This document shows positions 24,662 through 39,084 of a stretch of DNA of 64,000 nt, piece after piece. The translations under genes and the position numbers were made by a program. Source of the DNA: Octopus sinensis (taxonomy: Eukaryota); the NCBI RefSeq assembly GCF_006345805.1, contig NC_043002.1:94240001-94304000 (forward strand), given 5' to 3'. Position 1 is the stretch's first letter. The number at the start of each line of letters is the position of its first letter. The notes below the pieces were generated by a model that saw nothing but the letters and a program-made list of their open reading frames with translations, did no database searches and had not been told where the DNA came from.

Positions 24662-25554
24662 TATATATATATATATATATATATAAAATAATTGTTAAAA
24701 ATTAAAAATTTAAAAATTTAACTTTACACAATTAAGAATTAAAAACTATGAATCATAAATATAAATTAGTATACATATATCAAACATATAGAGTCAAGTA
24801 TAGAATGTCAAATATAAAATATGAAATTATACATCATAATAAATATGTGTGTGATTAAGTGTGGAAAATATTGTGAAAAATAAAGATACATATCCTCTTT
24901 TGACAGAGTCAGAATGTCATCCAAAATGGCGAGGCAGGGGTGTGGAGAAGAGTTTCTTAACAAGAATATGTCATATGCAAACACAAAGATACAATAAGTA
25001 TGTACCTGTTACTTGCAGCAATATTCAACTTATTACTATGTTAAATCGAAAGAAAAAGATAAGTTTTGCTGATTTTAGTCCTCGGCTCACCTAAAAGAAG
25101 CAGACTAATGATCCATTGACATTGTAATCGAGACCCTATTTTCTAGGCTACAGTTTAGAATATATACCTAATAAAATGCGAAAATGTGGTTTTCAGAGAA
25201 AATTGGCTGGTATTTCTAGCTAATTGGGTGATCACGTACCGCCTGCTTCATAGGCAGGAAAACTATTATGCGTAAGTTAAAAACATGCTTCGTTGTTTCT
25301 AACATCATAGCGATATGGGTTTCCTTCGAGGTAGGATAAGATGATTTACGATTTTATTACTTTCCATGAGCCAGCGTTTGCGTTAAACACAAAAACAGAG
25401 AATATCGCTGATATGCCTTTTATCTATGAGTCAACTTTTAACATGATTAAACCGTATAAGTTTATGCAAACGGGCTTAAAGGCGAATATAAGTCAAGATA
25501 TGAACGTATAAGTATATACAAAACAAGACATAAAGCCTTTTATAAAAACACATA

Positions 25555-26199
25555 TGTATGTATGCATGTATGTATGTATGTATGTATGTATGTATGTATG
25601 TATGTATGTATGTATGTATGTATGTATGTATGTATATGTATGTGTGTATGTATGTACACACCCACACACATATACGCGCATACATTCATATATATTCACA
25701 CAAAGACATTTAGACGACTAGGCATATATAAAACAACCAATAGATGTGTAGGCGCATATAACATAAAACTCTGGCTTATATGCGCATAAAAGACAAAACA
25801 GTCAGGTTACTTTTTGTAATGTATTGCAATGTATATGAATGTTCGTGTTGTTCAGAGCAGTTACTTTCTATACGCCATATTAATTTTCTTAATTTATGCA
25901 TGCATACATACATACATACATACATACATGCTCGCATGTATGTATGTAAGTATGTATTTACTCATGTATATATTATTTATGTATGAATATATGGATGGAT
26001 GACTGTGTAGAGCGTATGAGAGATTTCGATCTGGTAATCTTGTTAGCCCGCAATTATGAAAGAACTGCTGAAGGCTTAGTGTTTTATAGATGTATGTATG
26101 TATGTATGTATGTATGTATGTATGTATGTATGTATGTATGTATGTATGTATGTATGTATGTATGTATGTGCGTGTGCGTGCGTATGTACATATTGACGA

Positions 26200-26233
<34 letters not shown>

Positions 26234-26280
26234 CATACACACACATATATATAAATAAATATATATATATACATATATAT

Positions 26281-26376
<96 letters not shown>

Positions 26377-26400
26377 AGAGAAAAAGAGAGAAAGAGATAA
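25555..26400. repeat. Cluster of (TATG)n, (TA)n and (GA)n microsatellites
   Basis: Direct inspection. Confidence 0.9.
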
Positions 26401-26902
26401 GAACACTCACAAATATAAAATAAAAAATTCATCTCTAGCTCGCATTTCTGCTTATACATATTGAAAGACAGAGTAGAAAAGAAAGCAAATAGCAGATAAG
26501 CAGAACAAATGAAACATATATATAAAGACAACAGTATAACTGTTTTCAGTTCAGAAATATAACCAATTCCTATATAAATTGCTAGTATATGCTGAGAAGG
26601 AAAGAGCATTTTAATGAAAATATTTCGTTAAGTTTCGTTAATATGTAAAAATGGGAAAGTTATTGAAATATATGGCAATAAAAAATGGAAAAGAAAGCAA
26701 CCAAAAAAAAAAAAATGGTATATATAAATAAATATGAATAACCCCACCGCACGAAAACACATTCTATTTCGGTAATTGTGTCTTAAATCGACGGTTCTAG
26801 AGAATACCATTATGGTCTTAAAAGGACAATAAAACAAAGAACGAATAAACACGAGTAATTGAATAAATATTCAGAAAACCACGGGAAGCACACGCACACA
26901 TG

Positions 26903-26981
<79 letters not shown>

Positions 26982-27070
26982 CATATATATATGTACATAC
27001 ATACGTGTATCTCTATGTGTGTATATATGTAAGTCACTATATGTACGAATGTGTGCATATGTTTGTGTGT

Positions 27071-27118
<48 letters not shown>

Positions 27119-27451
27119 TAGGTAATTTGAAAATAAATAAATAGATAGATAAATGAATAAATAAACATAAATAAATAAATAACTAAATGTATACACAACT
27201 AAATTATTTGGCTTGTTTTGCACTACTGGAAAGTAAGGGAATAGATAAAAAAAAAACAATAATAATAGTAGTAAAATAGATACATAGAATCGAAACCTGT
27301 TGCAAATAGAACTGAGTCTGGGAGAAACAGCATCTTAAAGAGTTTTCCAGAAACTAGATTGTCAAATTATTGTTAAAAGATGCTGCTTTTACTGATGTAA
27401 CGAACCTTATTAGTATATAAAACACGCAGGGGCACACAGATGCACACGCAT

Positions 27452-27545
<94 letters not shown>

Positions 27546-28799
27546 GAGCAGTGTTGCATTACAACACTGGATTGTACGCTTTGCAGTATTTGTTCTGGAT
27601 CTCTGCGAACTTAGTTCAAATTACGCCGAGATCAGCTTTTCTTTGCAATCGGTCCGAAGAGGCAATATACCAATCCAGGAAGAAACGTAGGAGTTGTTTT
27701 GCGACGTCTGTTCCTTGATGTTGGATTCTTAATATAAATTCCTCCTAGAAATGAAAATCCCTCTAATGGCAATGTGATTGACTCTCACACACTGAGAGAA
27801 GACATCAAAGCTGGATGATGATGGGCTCTCAGATTATGATGCATCACTCAGCAATCAAGCGAGATATTATATGGAGATCTATTCATTTTGTGAAATCGAA
27901 CTTATGGTCCCCTAAATTCAGTGGATAAATAAATAAATGAATAAATAAATATATAAATATAAATAAATGATATCTCTGATTTAAGGACTATTCATCTCAA
28001 ATCAGGAGAATTTGTCTTGTAATTAGAAACGAAGCACTGTAACATTGGTATGCTGTAATAATTTAGCTCTTTTGTACATAATCAATAAATGAATGATATG
28101 AAATTTCATTGTATGGCATCATTGATCACACGTCCGCAATCCTGAAGTAAAATAAGGACTAGGAGTTCTTTCCTCAGGGATACTTTTGGCACGAGAGAAA
28201 TAGTCAAGCAGGTGATAGCATATTGAATATAGTCAGCTTTCAGTTTTCTTTATCAATTAAATTTACATCAGTTGTGAGGCGGAAAAAAACATTACTATAA
28301 GTGTCTGATTAAGTTTAGCTTAAAGTCACCTCCAATAATTCTTTCTACCATAGGCACAAGGCCTGAAGTCGCCTCCAATAATAAAACTGAATACGGATGT
28401 ACACTGTGTTGTTTGTTGAAATGATCTTTGCCATTATGATAATTACTCCAGAAATGTTTCGGTCTTAGAACTCCGTAAACAAGGACATACTGGATAATGT
28501 AATCCTCGATACTCCAATCCTTGCACAAAGACGCGGTGGTCATGGATGGAATACATTTGACCCTAAGCATGCTCGTTCGGATACAACAACCCATCCTTTG
28601 ACTCTTGCTTCGCGTTAGTATACTTCACATTTCTTGGTTTGAGGTCATCTGATGAATACCAAGAAATAGGCCGTTTTAAGATTTAAAAATAGTGACGTTA
28701 AATTTGTCAGAGCCGTCCTTAAACTTAATAAATACAAGCACACACACGCACGCATACACACATATGCATACATATATACAAATATGTGTGTGTGTGTCT

Positions 28800-29121
<322 letters not shown>

Positions 29122-29124
<3 letters not shown>

Positions 29125-29820
29125 CAATAATAATCTCTGAACGAGATGTAAACAGTAACCGCTCGACAACGAAAAGTATAAAGCCATCTCAATATGGCTA
29201 ACCACTAAGGGTGGGTGTTACTGTAGCTTTTAGCCCCAGGAGATCATCGTCTCCAGCTGGCTTTAGGCACACTATCTGTGTGCCCTTATGGTATTTGCAA
29301 AGGGAGGTCATCCCTCTCTCGTAAGCCTAAGTGATACGCACGGACTGCAGTTTCGAGGTATTTGCCTCTTGTCAACGCACGGTAATCACCGGTTTACTGG
29401 GGCTAAAAGCTACAGTAACACCCACCCTTAGTGGTTAGCCATATTGAGATGGCTTTATACTTTACGTTGTCGAGCGGTTACTGTTTACATCTCGTTCAGA
29501 GATTTATTATTGCTTGCAGACAGTTTTTCGAAATCAGTGACGGAAGTTACTAGGAAAACCCATAAGTATTTGCAAACGGGTCTTCCTTTTCATCGTAAAC
29601 CGGTGATTACCGTGCGTTGACAAGAGGCAAATACCCCGAAACTGCAGTCCATGTGTATCACTTAAGCTTACGAGAGAGGGATGACCTCCCTTTGCAAATA
29701 CCATAAGGGCACAGATAGTGTGCCTAAAGCCAGCTGGAGACGATGATCTCCTGGGGCTAAAAGCTACAGTAACACCCACCCTTAATGGTTAGCCATATTG
29801 AGATGGCTTTATACTTTACG

Positions 29821-29822
<2 letters not shown>
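29122..29822. repeat. Rearranged inverted repeat A-B-A'-C-B'-A' between (TA)n tracts
   Basis: A (about 29122-29239) recurs inverted at 29398-29514 and partly at 29751-29822; B (29240-29397) recurs inverted at about 29594-29750 with a few substitutions. Confidence 0.85.
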
Positions 29823-29857
<35 letters not shown>

Positions 29858-30149
29858 TGTGCGTATGTGTGTATATATATATACAGGCATACATACATGC
29901 ATACATATATATATATATGTATACATACATACAAACATACACACACACACATATATATATGTATGTATATATAAAACTTACTGGGAAAAGGATGCGTGGC
30001 GTTCGATCATATGATAATATAAATAATATATAAATATATGGATTTATACATACATATATGTACATACCTACATATATATGTATATATACATGCATATATG
30101 GGTACAGGACATCAAAAGTTTTATCTTAATTACGATGCGCACACTTATT

Positions 30150-30800
30150 CTATCTCTCTTCTGTCTATCTATCTCCCTCTTTTGTTCCTCCTTTCTGTTT
30201 TTCTCTCCCACCCTTTCCCTATTCTTCTCCTCTCCCCTTCCTCACTCCCTCTCTCTCTCTCTCTAACTCTCCTCCTTGAGGCTCTCGTTGCTCGCACGTG
30301 ACCAACGGCCATTCTTTCTTTCTTCCACTTCCTTCCTAAAGACAAGACGCGCTTTTATCTGTCCCTTCTGAAAACTCGTTCACAGGTCCAACTAACTTAT
30401 ATTCTTCATCCATCTGATAACGGACTCAACGAACCGTGAACCCCAATATATTGTAAGACACTCGAATTTTTGATATTTTTCCCGATGTAACCTTTGATCT
30501 TTCACTCTTCTTCCCTCTACCTCTGACTTCATCTTTCTGACGATGTCTACCATTAGCAACAAGGCAAAAGTATAATATTTTCCTCACCATGGTAAGCAGA
30601 AACGATCATAAAAACTTCACTTTCACTCTCACCTTTATTTACTAATTGAATAATGCCTTACTAGCGCAAAAGTCACACTTCTATTTGTTATTTGTCCTCC
30701 ATTTTCTTTTCGCCTATATAAATTAAACTACGGTTACCCGCTAAATTACCTGCTGCTGTATACCTTTTACCATCTTTTACCACTGAGGTAATTACCAGAA
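30150..30800 (+). mobile_element. Probable degenerate PLE-type terminal repeat remnant
   Basis: Pyrimidine-rich segment with decayed hammerhead-like motifs ctgataa-cgg..ccg-tgaacc-ccaatatattg-ta (about 30413-30453) and ctgacga..aaggc-aaaa-gta (about 30538-30572). Confidence 0.35.
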
Positions 30801-30897
30801 GTGCCTTTGGATATATCTATCCCTTAGAGGCTTTAAACACCGGTAACTTATACCTATATATTATGTACACATACACATACATTCATATATATATATA

Positions 30898-30940
<43 letters not shown>

Positions 30941-31129
30941 TATATATATATATATATATATATGAATGTATGTGTATGTGTACATATATATATAGGTTAC
31001 GTTACCGGTGTTTAAAGCCTCTAGGGATAGATATATCCAAAGGCACTTCTGGTAATTACCTCAGTGGTAAAAGATGGTAAAAGGTATACAGCAGCAGGTA
31101 ATTTAGCGGGTAACCGTAGTTTAATTTAT
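30718..31129. repeat. Palindrome centred on a (TA)n tract
   Basis: Unique arms of about 130 bp plus CA/TA flanks are reverse complements with a few differences. Confidence 0.85.
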
Positions 31130-31169
31130 TAAAGAAAATTAAAAAAATATTTTTTGGGTTTTTGTAAAA

Positions 31170-31222
<53 letters not shown>

Positions 31223-31223
31223 A

Positions 31224-31269
<46 letters not shown>

Positions 31270-31809
31270 ACATATATATATTATATATATATATAATATA
31301 TACATACATACACACACACACACATATATACATATATATATATATATACATACAAACATATACATATATATGTGTGTGTGTGTATACACACATAACATTT
31401 CAATCTATGTAATTGTAAATAGGTAAATAGGTACCTTGTGATTGTACAGATTATTTTGAATGCGTCACATATCGTAGATAATATTTATCTCCCTTGTTAC
31501 CTCAAACAACTCTAACCTTGGCTAATCGATATTTTTCATAGCTTTATATCATGGGAGAAAGAATTTTCGTGATTATGTTTTGTTTTCAAAAGAAATTCTG
31601 GTTTGAGAACAACACTTGAAAGGGGAAAGAAATGTTTTCTAGATATATTCATATAGATTCTTGATATTTTGTATTTGGTCGATAACTTGAGTTGAATAGA
31701 TTTGTCAAAATGTAAAATTAAAATAATTTCGAAATTGCTTTCATATATTCATTGGTATTCACATAGATATTTAAATATACATTCATGAATTCATACATAT
31801 ACACAATCA

Positions 31810-32340
<531 letters not shown>

Positions 32341-32844
32341 TGTATACAATTATATACTACAACAATTCATGTCTGCGTGCAGCTCGTCAGCACCCAATAC
32401 AGTGATTCACTAACTTTAGACAGTAGCTTTCTGCATTTGGAAGAGACATTCACAAGATGAAGAAAACCAGCCGGAATTTTGAAGATAAGGGGAAGAGCTA
32501 TATGTTGTATAACAAAGCTCTTAGTATTGCAGATATTCTTTAGTTAATACAGTATCTGATGAGTACCTTCCATCAGGAAATTTGAAATAATCTAAGACAT
32601 TTTAAAGATATTTACTCTACTCGTGTATTGAGTATTCTTTACATTGTCCATAATATCAACTGCTAACAATATATATATACACAAAATTCAGCAGGGTATT
32701 AAAATACCGCTTACTATAAAAAGAGCTAGCGCTCTAAAACCACAAATTATTCACTATTAAAATACACACGGCGAAGGCAACAAACATAACGGAAATAGGC
32801 TTACCGTGTATGAACTACAGAAGTAAGGAATGCGTATATTCCGG

Positions 32845-32893
32845 GATCAATTGATTTCGCTTTCTGTATGAAAAACAAACTTAAGCTCGTCAG
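32845..32893 (-). ncRNA. Hammerhead core with intact stems II and III but no cis stem I (probably degenerate)
   Basis: Reverse complement CTGACGA-gctt...aagc-GAAA-tcaattga-TC; stem III is an 8-nt palindrome. Confidence 0.4.
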
Positions 32894-33050
32894 AAAGACT
32901 TAATGCTACAACGACTATTTCTGAAATATTCATCACATTACACCGTCCACATTCTTTCATTTGAACGCCCCCGCGACATTCAACAGGAACATATCGTGAG
33001 CCAGTATAATTTAAGGTTAATTATCATTAATAATAATAATAATAATAATA

Positions 33051-33094
<44 letters not shown>

Positions 33095-33338
33095 TCCTAC
33101 GCAAAATACTCTCTATGTAATCCCAAGGTTTAAAACAAACTTTTTTAATTTTTATTTTAATTTTTATTTTTTATTTATTAAAAAAAAATTTTTTTTTAAA
33201 TTTTATTTTTATGTATTAGACATTCACTAGTACAACCCCCCCAATATATGGCACAGAACTTCCAACCTGTTGTCTCTTGAGGTCTCTGGGTGAGACTTGG
33301 AGCCAACTTGTACAGACATAAAGCAAAAGTCAAACATA

Positions 33339-33392
<54 letters not shown>

Positions 33393-33604
33393 TAATAATA
33401 ATAAAGTTGTTAGCAAGTTTACACTGTTATTGGTAAGATATAAACTAAATTCAGTAGGGTATGAAAATATCGCTTGGTATAAAGAGAGCTATCACTCTAA
33501 AACCACAAATTACTATTAAAATACACAGTTAAATTTGGTACTTAGATTGAGACACTTTGCCAGTTCGGTATAGTCTGCACAGCTCTAACAGAATGTAAGT
33601 AAAT

Positions 33605-34144
33605 AGCAAGAATGTACAAGTGTCAATACATTACGGCCGTTTCAAGCGGCTCCATCTAATTGATCAATGAAAACACTACATCAATTTGAAAGAAACCGCT
33701 TTCTTTAGACTCAGATGACCATATAGATTTCAGACATAAAAGATTAACCATTTTAAACAAATTTATATCAATAATAGAAAGCAAAATAATTACATTGTTT
33801 CCTTATGCTATATCTGTAACAAAATTAGTTTAGAAAATAATGCATATCTTATTAAGATTACTATAATTTAGAGAGTAGCCGATTTTTTCTGCTACTCTCT
33901 AAATTATAGAAGGCTTAATAAAATATGCATTATTTTCTAAACTCATTCTGCCACAGATATAAAATTAGGAAACAATGTAATTATTTTGCTTTCTATTATT
34001 CATGTGAATTTGTTAATAATGGTTTATTCATTATGCTTGAAATCTATATATGGTCATCTGCAATGAAGGGAGCGTATTCATTGATCAATTAAGCGGAGCC
34101 GATTGAAACGGCTGTAATGTATTGACACCAGTACATCCTTGTTA
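33605..34144. mobile_element. Old fold-back (palindromic MITE-like) element
   Basis: Diverged arms about 33605-33879 and 33891-34144 around loop cgattttttct; e.g. gtgtcaatacattac / gtaatgtattgacac. Confidence 0.75.
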
Positions 34145-34148
34145 CATA

Positions 34149-34598
34149 TTTGAAACTTATTAAATTTTATGTATTGGCTTATATTTTTCACTGTTTGATT
34201 TGCCTAATAGTGGTTTTATCTATAATTTAATATAATATAATATAATATATTTATACTATAAAATTGGATTTAATCCTAAATTTAATTTTTCCCTGTAAGT
34301 TTGGATTTATTCCCTAATATTATTATTATTAATATATTGATAAATTACAGGTAAGATAGAACCGCTATTTTGGAATTCATCTTTGAAGGATATTCCAATA
34401 CCTTCTAGGAAAGAATATATTTTGAAACTTATTAAATTTTATGTATTGGCTTATGTTTTTCACTGTTTGATTTTGCCTAATAGTGGTTTTATCTCTAATT
34501 TAATATAATATAATATAATACAATATATTTCTACTATAAAATTGGATTTAATCCTAAATCTAATTTTTCCCTGTAAGTTTGGATTTATTCCCTAATAT

Positions 34599-34600
<2 letters not shown>
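34149..34600 (+). repeat. Tandem pair of a (TA)n-associated repeat (family T)
   Basis: About 180 bp block at 34149-34330 and 34419-34600; related to 52757-52905 and 21970-22100. Confidence 0.8.
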
Positions 34601-34645
<45 letters not shown>

Positions 34646-34928
34646 GTGGAGGGTAGCGGACTCGCAGTCAGAGGATCGCGGCTTCGATTCCAGACCGGGC
34701 GCTGTGTGTGTTTATTGAGCGAAAACACCTAAAGCTCCACGCGCCTCCGGCAGGGGGTGGTGATCCCTGCTGTACTCTTTCACCACTCTTTCTCTCACTC
34801 TTTCTTCTGTTGGTCTGCTCGCTTAGTCAGCGGGGTGGCGTCATTCGAAGGCTAAAACAATGCGAACGTATTGTGACCAGCGATGTGTAACAACATCTGA
34901 TGGTCTGGTCGGTCACGTGATCACGTGA
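34646..34928 (+). mobile_element. SINE group C with tail type 1 (A-box deleted)
   Basis: Colinear with 8868-9175. Confidence 0.85.
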
Positions 34929-35463
34929 TATATATATATGTATTTATGTACGTATGTGTGTATGTGTATATATATATATAAGTATCAGTGTACGCATACG
35001 TGTATATGTATACATACCATATACATCCATTCACACACACACATACACACACATAGCGACTTTCTATGTTTGTATTTTTCGTTTGTTCCGTTTGTATTTC
35101 TATATCATTTTTTAGCAGATTATTCAATGTAACACCACTTATTTAGCCTCATTTTGGAACCTTTGTGTCTACATTTTTTCGTGCGACGTCTATTTCTCTC
35201 GTCTCTTCACTCCCTTTTGCTCTCATCTCTTTCTCTCTTTTTCTCTCTCCCCCTCTCTCTATATCTTTCTACCCGTCCCTCCTCAATACTTTCATCCCTC
35301 TTACTATCTGTCTTTCTCCTCCCACTTCCACGTAACCCGTGTTCATCGTCACCTCACTTCTCCATTCTCTTTACGCTTGATCCTTCCCTTTATGCCTGAT
35401 CTTTCCGCTGCTCCTCCCGTTTCCAATTCTTTAGGGTATTTTTCCTGGCGTTACTCATATAGT

Positions 35464-35852
35464 AGTGGAGGCGAAATGGTCCAGTGGTTAGGGCAGCGGA
35501 CTCGCGGTCATAGGATCGCGGTTTCGATTCCCAGACCGGGCGTTGTGAGTGTTTATTGAGCGAAAACACCTAAAGCTCCACGAGGCTCCGGCAGGGGATG
35601 GTGGTGATCCCTGCTGTACTCTTTCACCACAACTTTCTCTCACTCTTACTTCCTGTTTCTGTTGTACCTGTATTTCAAAGGGCCGGCCTTGTCACTCTCT
35701 GTGTCACGCTGAATATCCCCGAGAACTATGTTAAGGGTACACGTGTCTGTGGAGTGCTCAGCCACTTACACGTTAATTTCACGAGCCGGCTGTTCCGTTG
35801 ATTCGGATCAACCGGAACCCTCGTCGTCGTAACCGACGGAGTGCTTCCACAC
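35464..35852 (+). mobile_element. SINE group C head with tail type 2
   Basis: 11 bp TSD actcatatagt (35453-35463 / 35853-35863); tail ends ccgacggagtgcttcca. Confidence 0.85.
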
Positions 35853-36266
35853 ACTCATATAGTTGTCTCATGTTTGAGCTGTAAGGCCTTACTCTCTGTA
35901 TTCATTTCCTTTTGCTTGTATGTCCACATCCTGTCGTGCTTGTTTTCGTCTCGATCACTTGTCCGTTCGCTATTCGTTTCGTTTCAAATATTTTGCTTCT
36001 ATAATGCATATAAATTTCATCTTTGTTTGTATGTTTACATTTTGTCGAGTTTGCTCGCTATTTCCCTGCGGCTTCTCATCGCTGATGCCAACAAGGTGAA
36101 CGAATTTATTATCGTTAAAGGCGTGAAACTGTTACCTCCTTTCGATGATAACTGATGAGGATTAAATTACTTTTTATGTGTGTATTTTCTGTTTGTTCCA
36201 TTTGTTTGTACTTCTATATAACTTTTGAACACATACATGTATAAACACACACCCACACACATATAT

Positions 36267-36370
<104 letters not shown>

Positions 36371-36589
36371 GTTGAGGGGATCAATTAAATTAGACGAATA
36401 GGTGAAGGCATATCAACAGCGAGCCCACCACTTGTTTTAGTTAGTATAACTGGAAAATTCCAGGTAAACAAACCGTTCAGACTAGTGGTTAAGGCCATGT
36501 TGCAATGATAAGTCACTAGCATCTTGCATTCTGCAAATCCACGAGGATCCAAAGAGCTATTGGCTCATGTAGCACGAATTATAATAACC

Positions 36590-36910
36590 TGGCACTCCCT
36601 CAGTTAAGACGACGAGTGTTCCAGTTGATCGGATCAACAGAACAACCTGCTCGTGAAATTAACGTGCAAGTGGCTGAGCACTCCACAGACATGTGTACCC
36701 TCAACGTAGTTATCACAGAGATTTTGCTTGACACAGAATGAGACAAAGCCGGCCCCTTGAAATGCAGGTACTACTTATTTTTGTCAGCTGAGTGTACTGG
36801 TACAACGAGAAATAAGAGTTATGCTCAAGGACAAAACGCGCTGGTAGGTATCGAACTCATGCCCTTACGATCGCCAGCCGAAGACTCTAACCACTTTTCC
36901 ACGCGCCTTC
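36590..36910 (-). mobile_element. SINE with a different (core-containing) head and tail type 2
   Basis: Tail homologous to 35670-35850; head resembles 7745-7900. Confidence 0.7.
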
Positions 36911-37444
36911 ACATTTATAGTAATAAAGATGGGACGAATGAATGTTTTAGGTATTACTATATATGTTTTAATAGCAAAAATTTATTATCACAGTGCATCA
37001 TACAATTTGGCATGTAATACAATGTGCAAGATTATCTACCGTTATGCAATTACGTGTTTTTATAAACTGTTACATATTTAGATAGAAGTTGGTTTTAGGT
37101 AACACGTCGCTGGTGGGTAAGGTAGGATATGAAATTTCAAATGAAAGAATAAAGCAAGTATACCATCTGAGATGGTGAAGACGCGTATTGAGTTAGTAAT
37201 CAATCAAATTCGTTAACTTTGCATGCTAAACAGATTCATTATGTTCAAGTGAAAGTGTACTTAGATTTATTTAGAAATGGCGGAGGTTTATATTAAACTA
37301 GTAACCAATCAAATTCGTTAAATCCGCATGCTGTACAGATTCGTTATGTTCTATCATCAAGTAGGGAGAGGTTATAATTTAGTCCATTATATTCAAAGTG
37401 AATGAAGAGAAACTGATAGATTACAATATATAATAGATGCTAGC

Positions 37445-37600
37445 AAGATGGCGAGCTGACAGAATCATTAACGCGCCGGACAAAGTGCTTTGCGGCTCTT
37501 TTATCCATTCGGGATCGACGAAATAAGTATCAGTTGAGTACTGGAGCTGATATAATCGATTTGTCCACTCTCGAACTAGCTAGCATGGCGCCAGCTGTCC
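37445..37600 (+). mobile_element. Degenerate, internally deleted SINE group B
   Basis: Head gatggcgagctgacagaatcatt; core ccattcgggatcgacgaaataagtatcagttgagtactgg. Confidence 0.6.
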
Positions 37601-37617
37601 ACTCGTCTCACTTTTTA

Positions 37618-37740
<123 letters not shown>

Positions 37741-37903
37741 GGCGCAGGAGTGGCTGTGTGGTAAGTAGCTTGCTAACCAACCACATGGTTCCGGTTTCAG
37801 TCCCACTGCGTGGCATCTTGGGCGAGTGTCTTCTACTATAGCCTCGGGCCGACCAATGCCTTGTGAGTGGATTTGGTTGACGGAAACTGAAAGAAGCCCG
37901 TCG

Positions 37904-37966
<63 letters not shown>

Positions 37967-38176
37967 GTGTGTGTGTGTGTCTGTGTTTGTCCCTCTAGCA
38001 TTGTTTGACAACCGATGCTGGTGTGTTTATGTCCCCGTTACTTAGCGGTTCGGCAAAAGAGACCGATAGAATAAGTACTGGGCTTACAAAAAAGAATAAG
38101 TCCCGGGGGTCGATTTGCTCGACTAAAGGCGGTGCTCCAGCATGGCCGCAGTCAAATGACTGAAACAAGGAAAAAG
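37741..38176 (+). mobile_element. Full-length SINE group A
   Basis: ggcgcaggagtggctgtgtggtaagtagc ... ctgaaacaagg. Confidence 0.9.
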
Positions 38177-38193
38177 AAAAAAAAACAAAAGGA

Positions 38194-38221
<28 letters not shown>

Positions 38222-38225
<4 letters not shown>

Positions 38226-38485
38226 GAAAGAGAGACCCTCTCTCAACAACTAGACATTATAACAATTACTAACGGTTTTTTAAATACTTAATAACTTTCT
38301 GTTTATCATTTAGGCAGTCATCGTAATTGTTATAATGACTTGTTGTTGAGAGAGGCTCTCTCTTTCTTTCCCGATGAGAAGATTGCATTTTATACCGTTT
38401 ATTCCTTTGAAATAAAACCATGTTGTCTTCGAAACGTATGTCGAAAGTAAAAGAATTTTAATAACATCTTCGTTCAACTCCATTT
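38222..38485 (+). mobile_element. Family H4 element: diverged inverted repeat, hammerhead and tail, flanked by (TA)n on both sides
   Basis: IR arms 38222-38269 / 38323-38370; tail catcttcgttcaactccattt before (TA)n. Confidence 0.7.
38366..38447 (+). ncRNA. Type I hammerhead ribozyme motif (H4, U4C core variant)
   Basis: ctttc-CCGATGA-gaaga...tcttc-GAAAC-gtat-GTC-gaaag; 5 bp stem I and 5 bp stem II base. Confidence 0.7.
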
Positions 38486-39084
38486 ATATATATATATATA
38501 TATATATACAAGATGGGCTTCTTTCAATTTCTGTCTGCCAAGTCCTCTCACAAGGCTTTAGTCGGATTGTGACTATAGTTGAAAACACTTTCCCATAATG
38601 CCATGCAGTGGGATAACCAAATTTTGAACAGTCTCTTAAATTTTAAAAAAATTTTCAATCTAGCGTTTATATGTCCCTAAATCGAATGATCGCCCGACTA
38701 AAAGGTCCATTCTAGCAAAAAAAAAAATCTCAAAAGTCTACTTTTTTGTCACATTTTTTTCCATACCTCACCCCAACCCCACCATTTTATTTTTTTATTT
38801 TTTCCAAGGGTGTAGAATTTTCCATTTTTTTATAGTATTCCTGCTTCATAAACAATTGAATTAAAAAGATTTCAAATTTTCATTTTTTGAAATTTTGTCC
38901 TCACCTCATAGCAACTCACGAATTTCCGGTTCAGCTAACAAACGGATTACTATGATAATCCAGTAATCGTACATTTTTTGTCTTTTTAAAACACTCACGG
39001 AACCGGCCAAGAAAGAAAAAAAAACCTGTATGATGATGCTCAACCTGCTAAAAATAACAGCTAAACTATATTTCACGGGTTATC

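Noticed and set aside
28630-28668. CTGATGA inside a hairpin (atttcttggt/accaagaaat), plus other isolated CTGANGA hits (32556, 36151, 45636)
   Set aside because: No correctly placed stem II-GAAA-stem III-UH; expected by chance in AT-rich DNA
29195-29330. HDV-like ribozyme in the hairpin-rich repeat
   Set aside because: Could not assign P1/P1.1/P3/L3 with correct order and pairing
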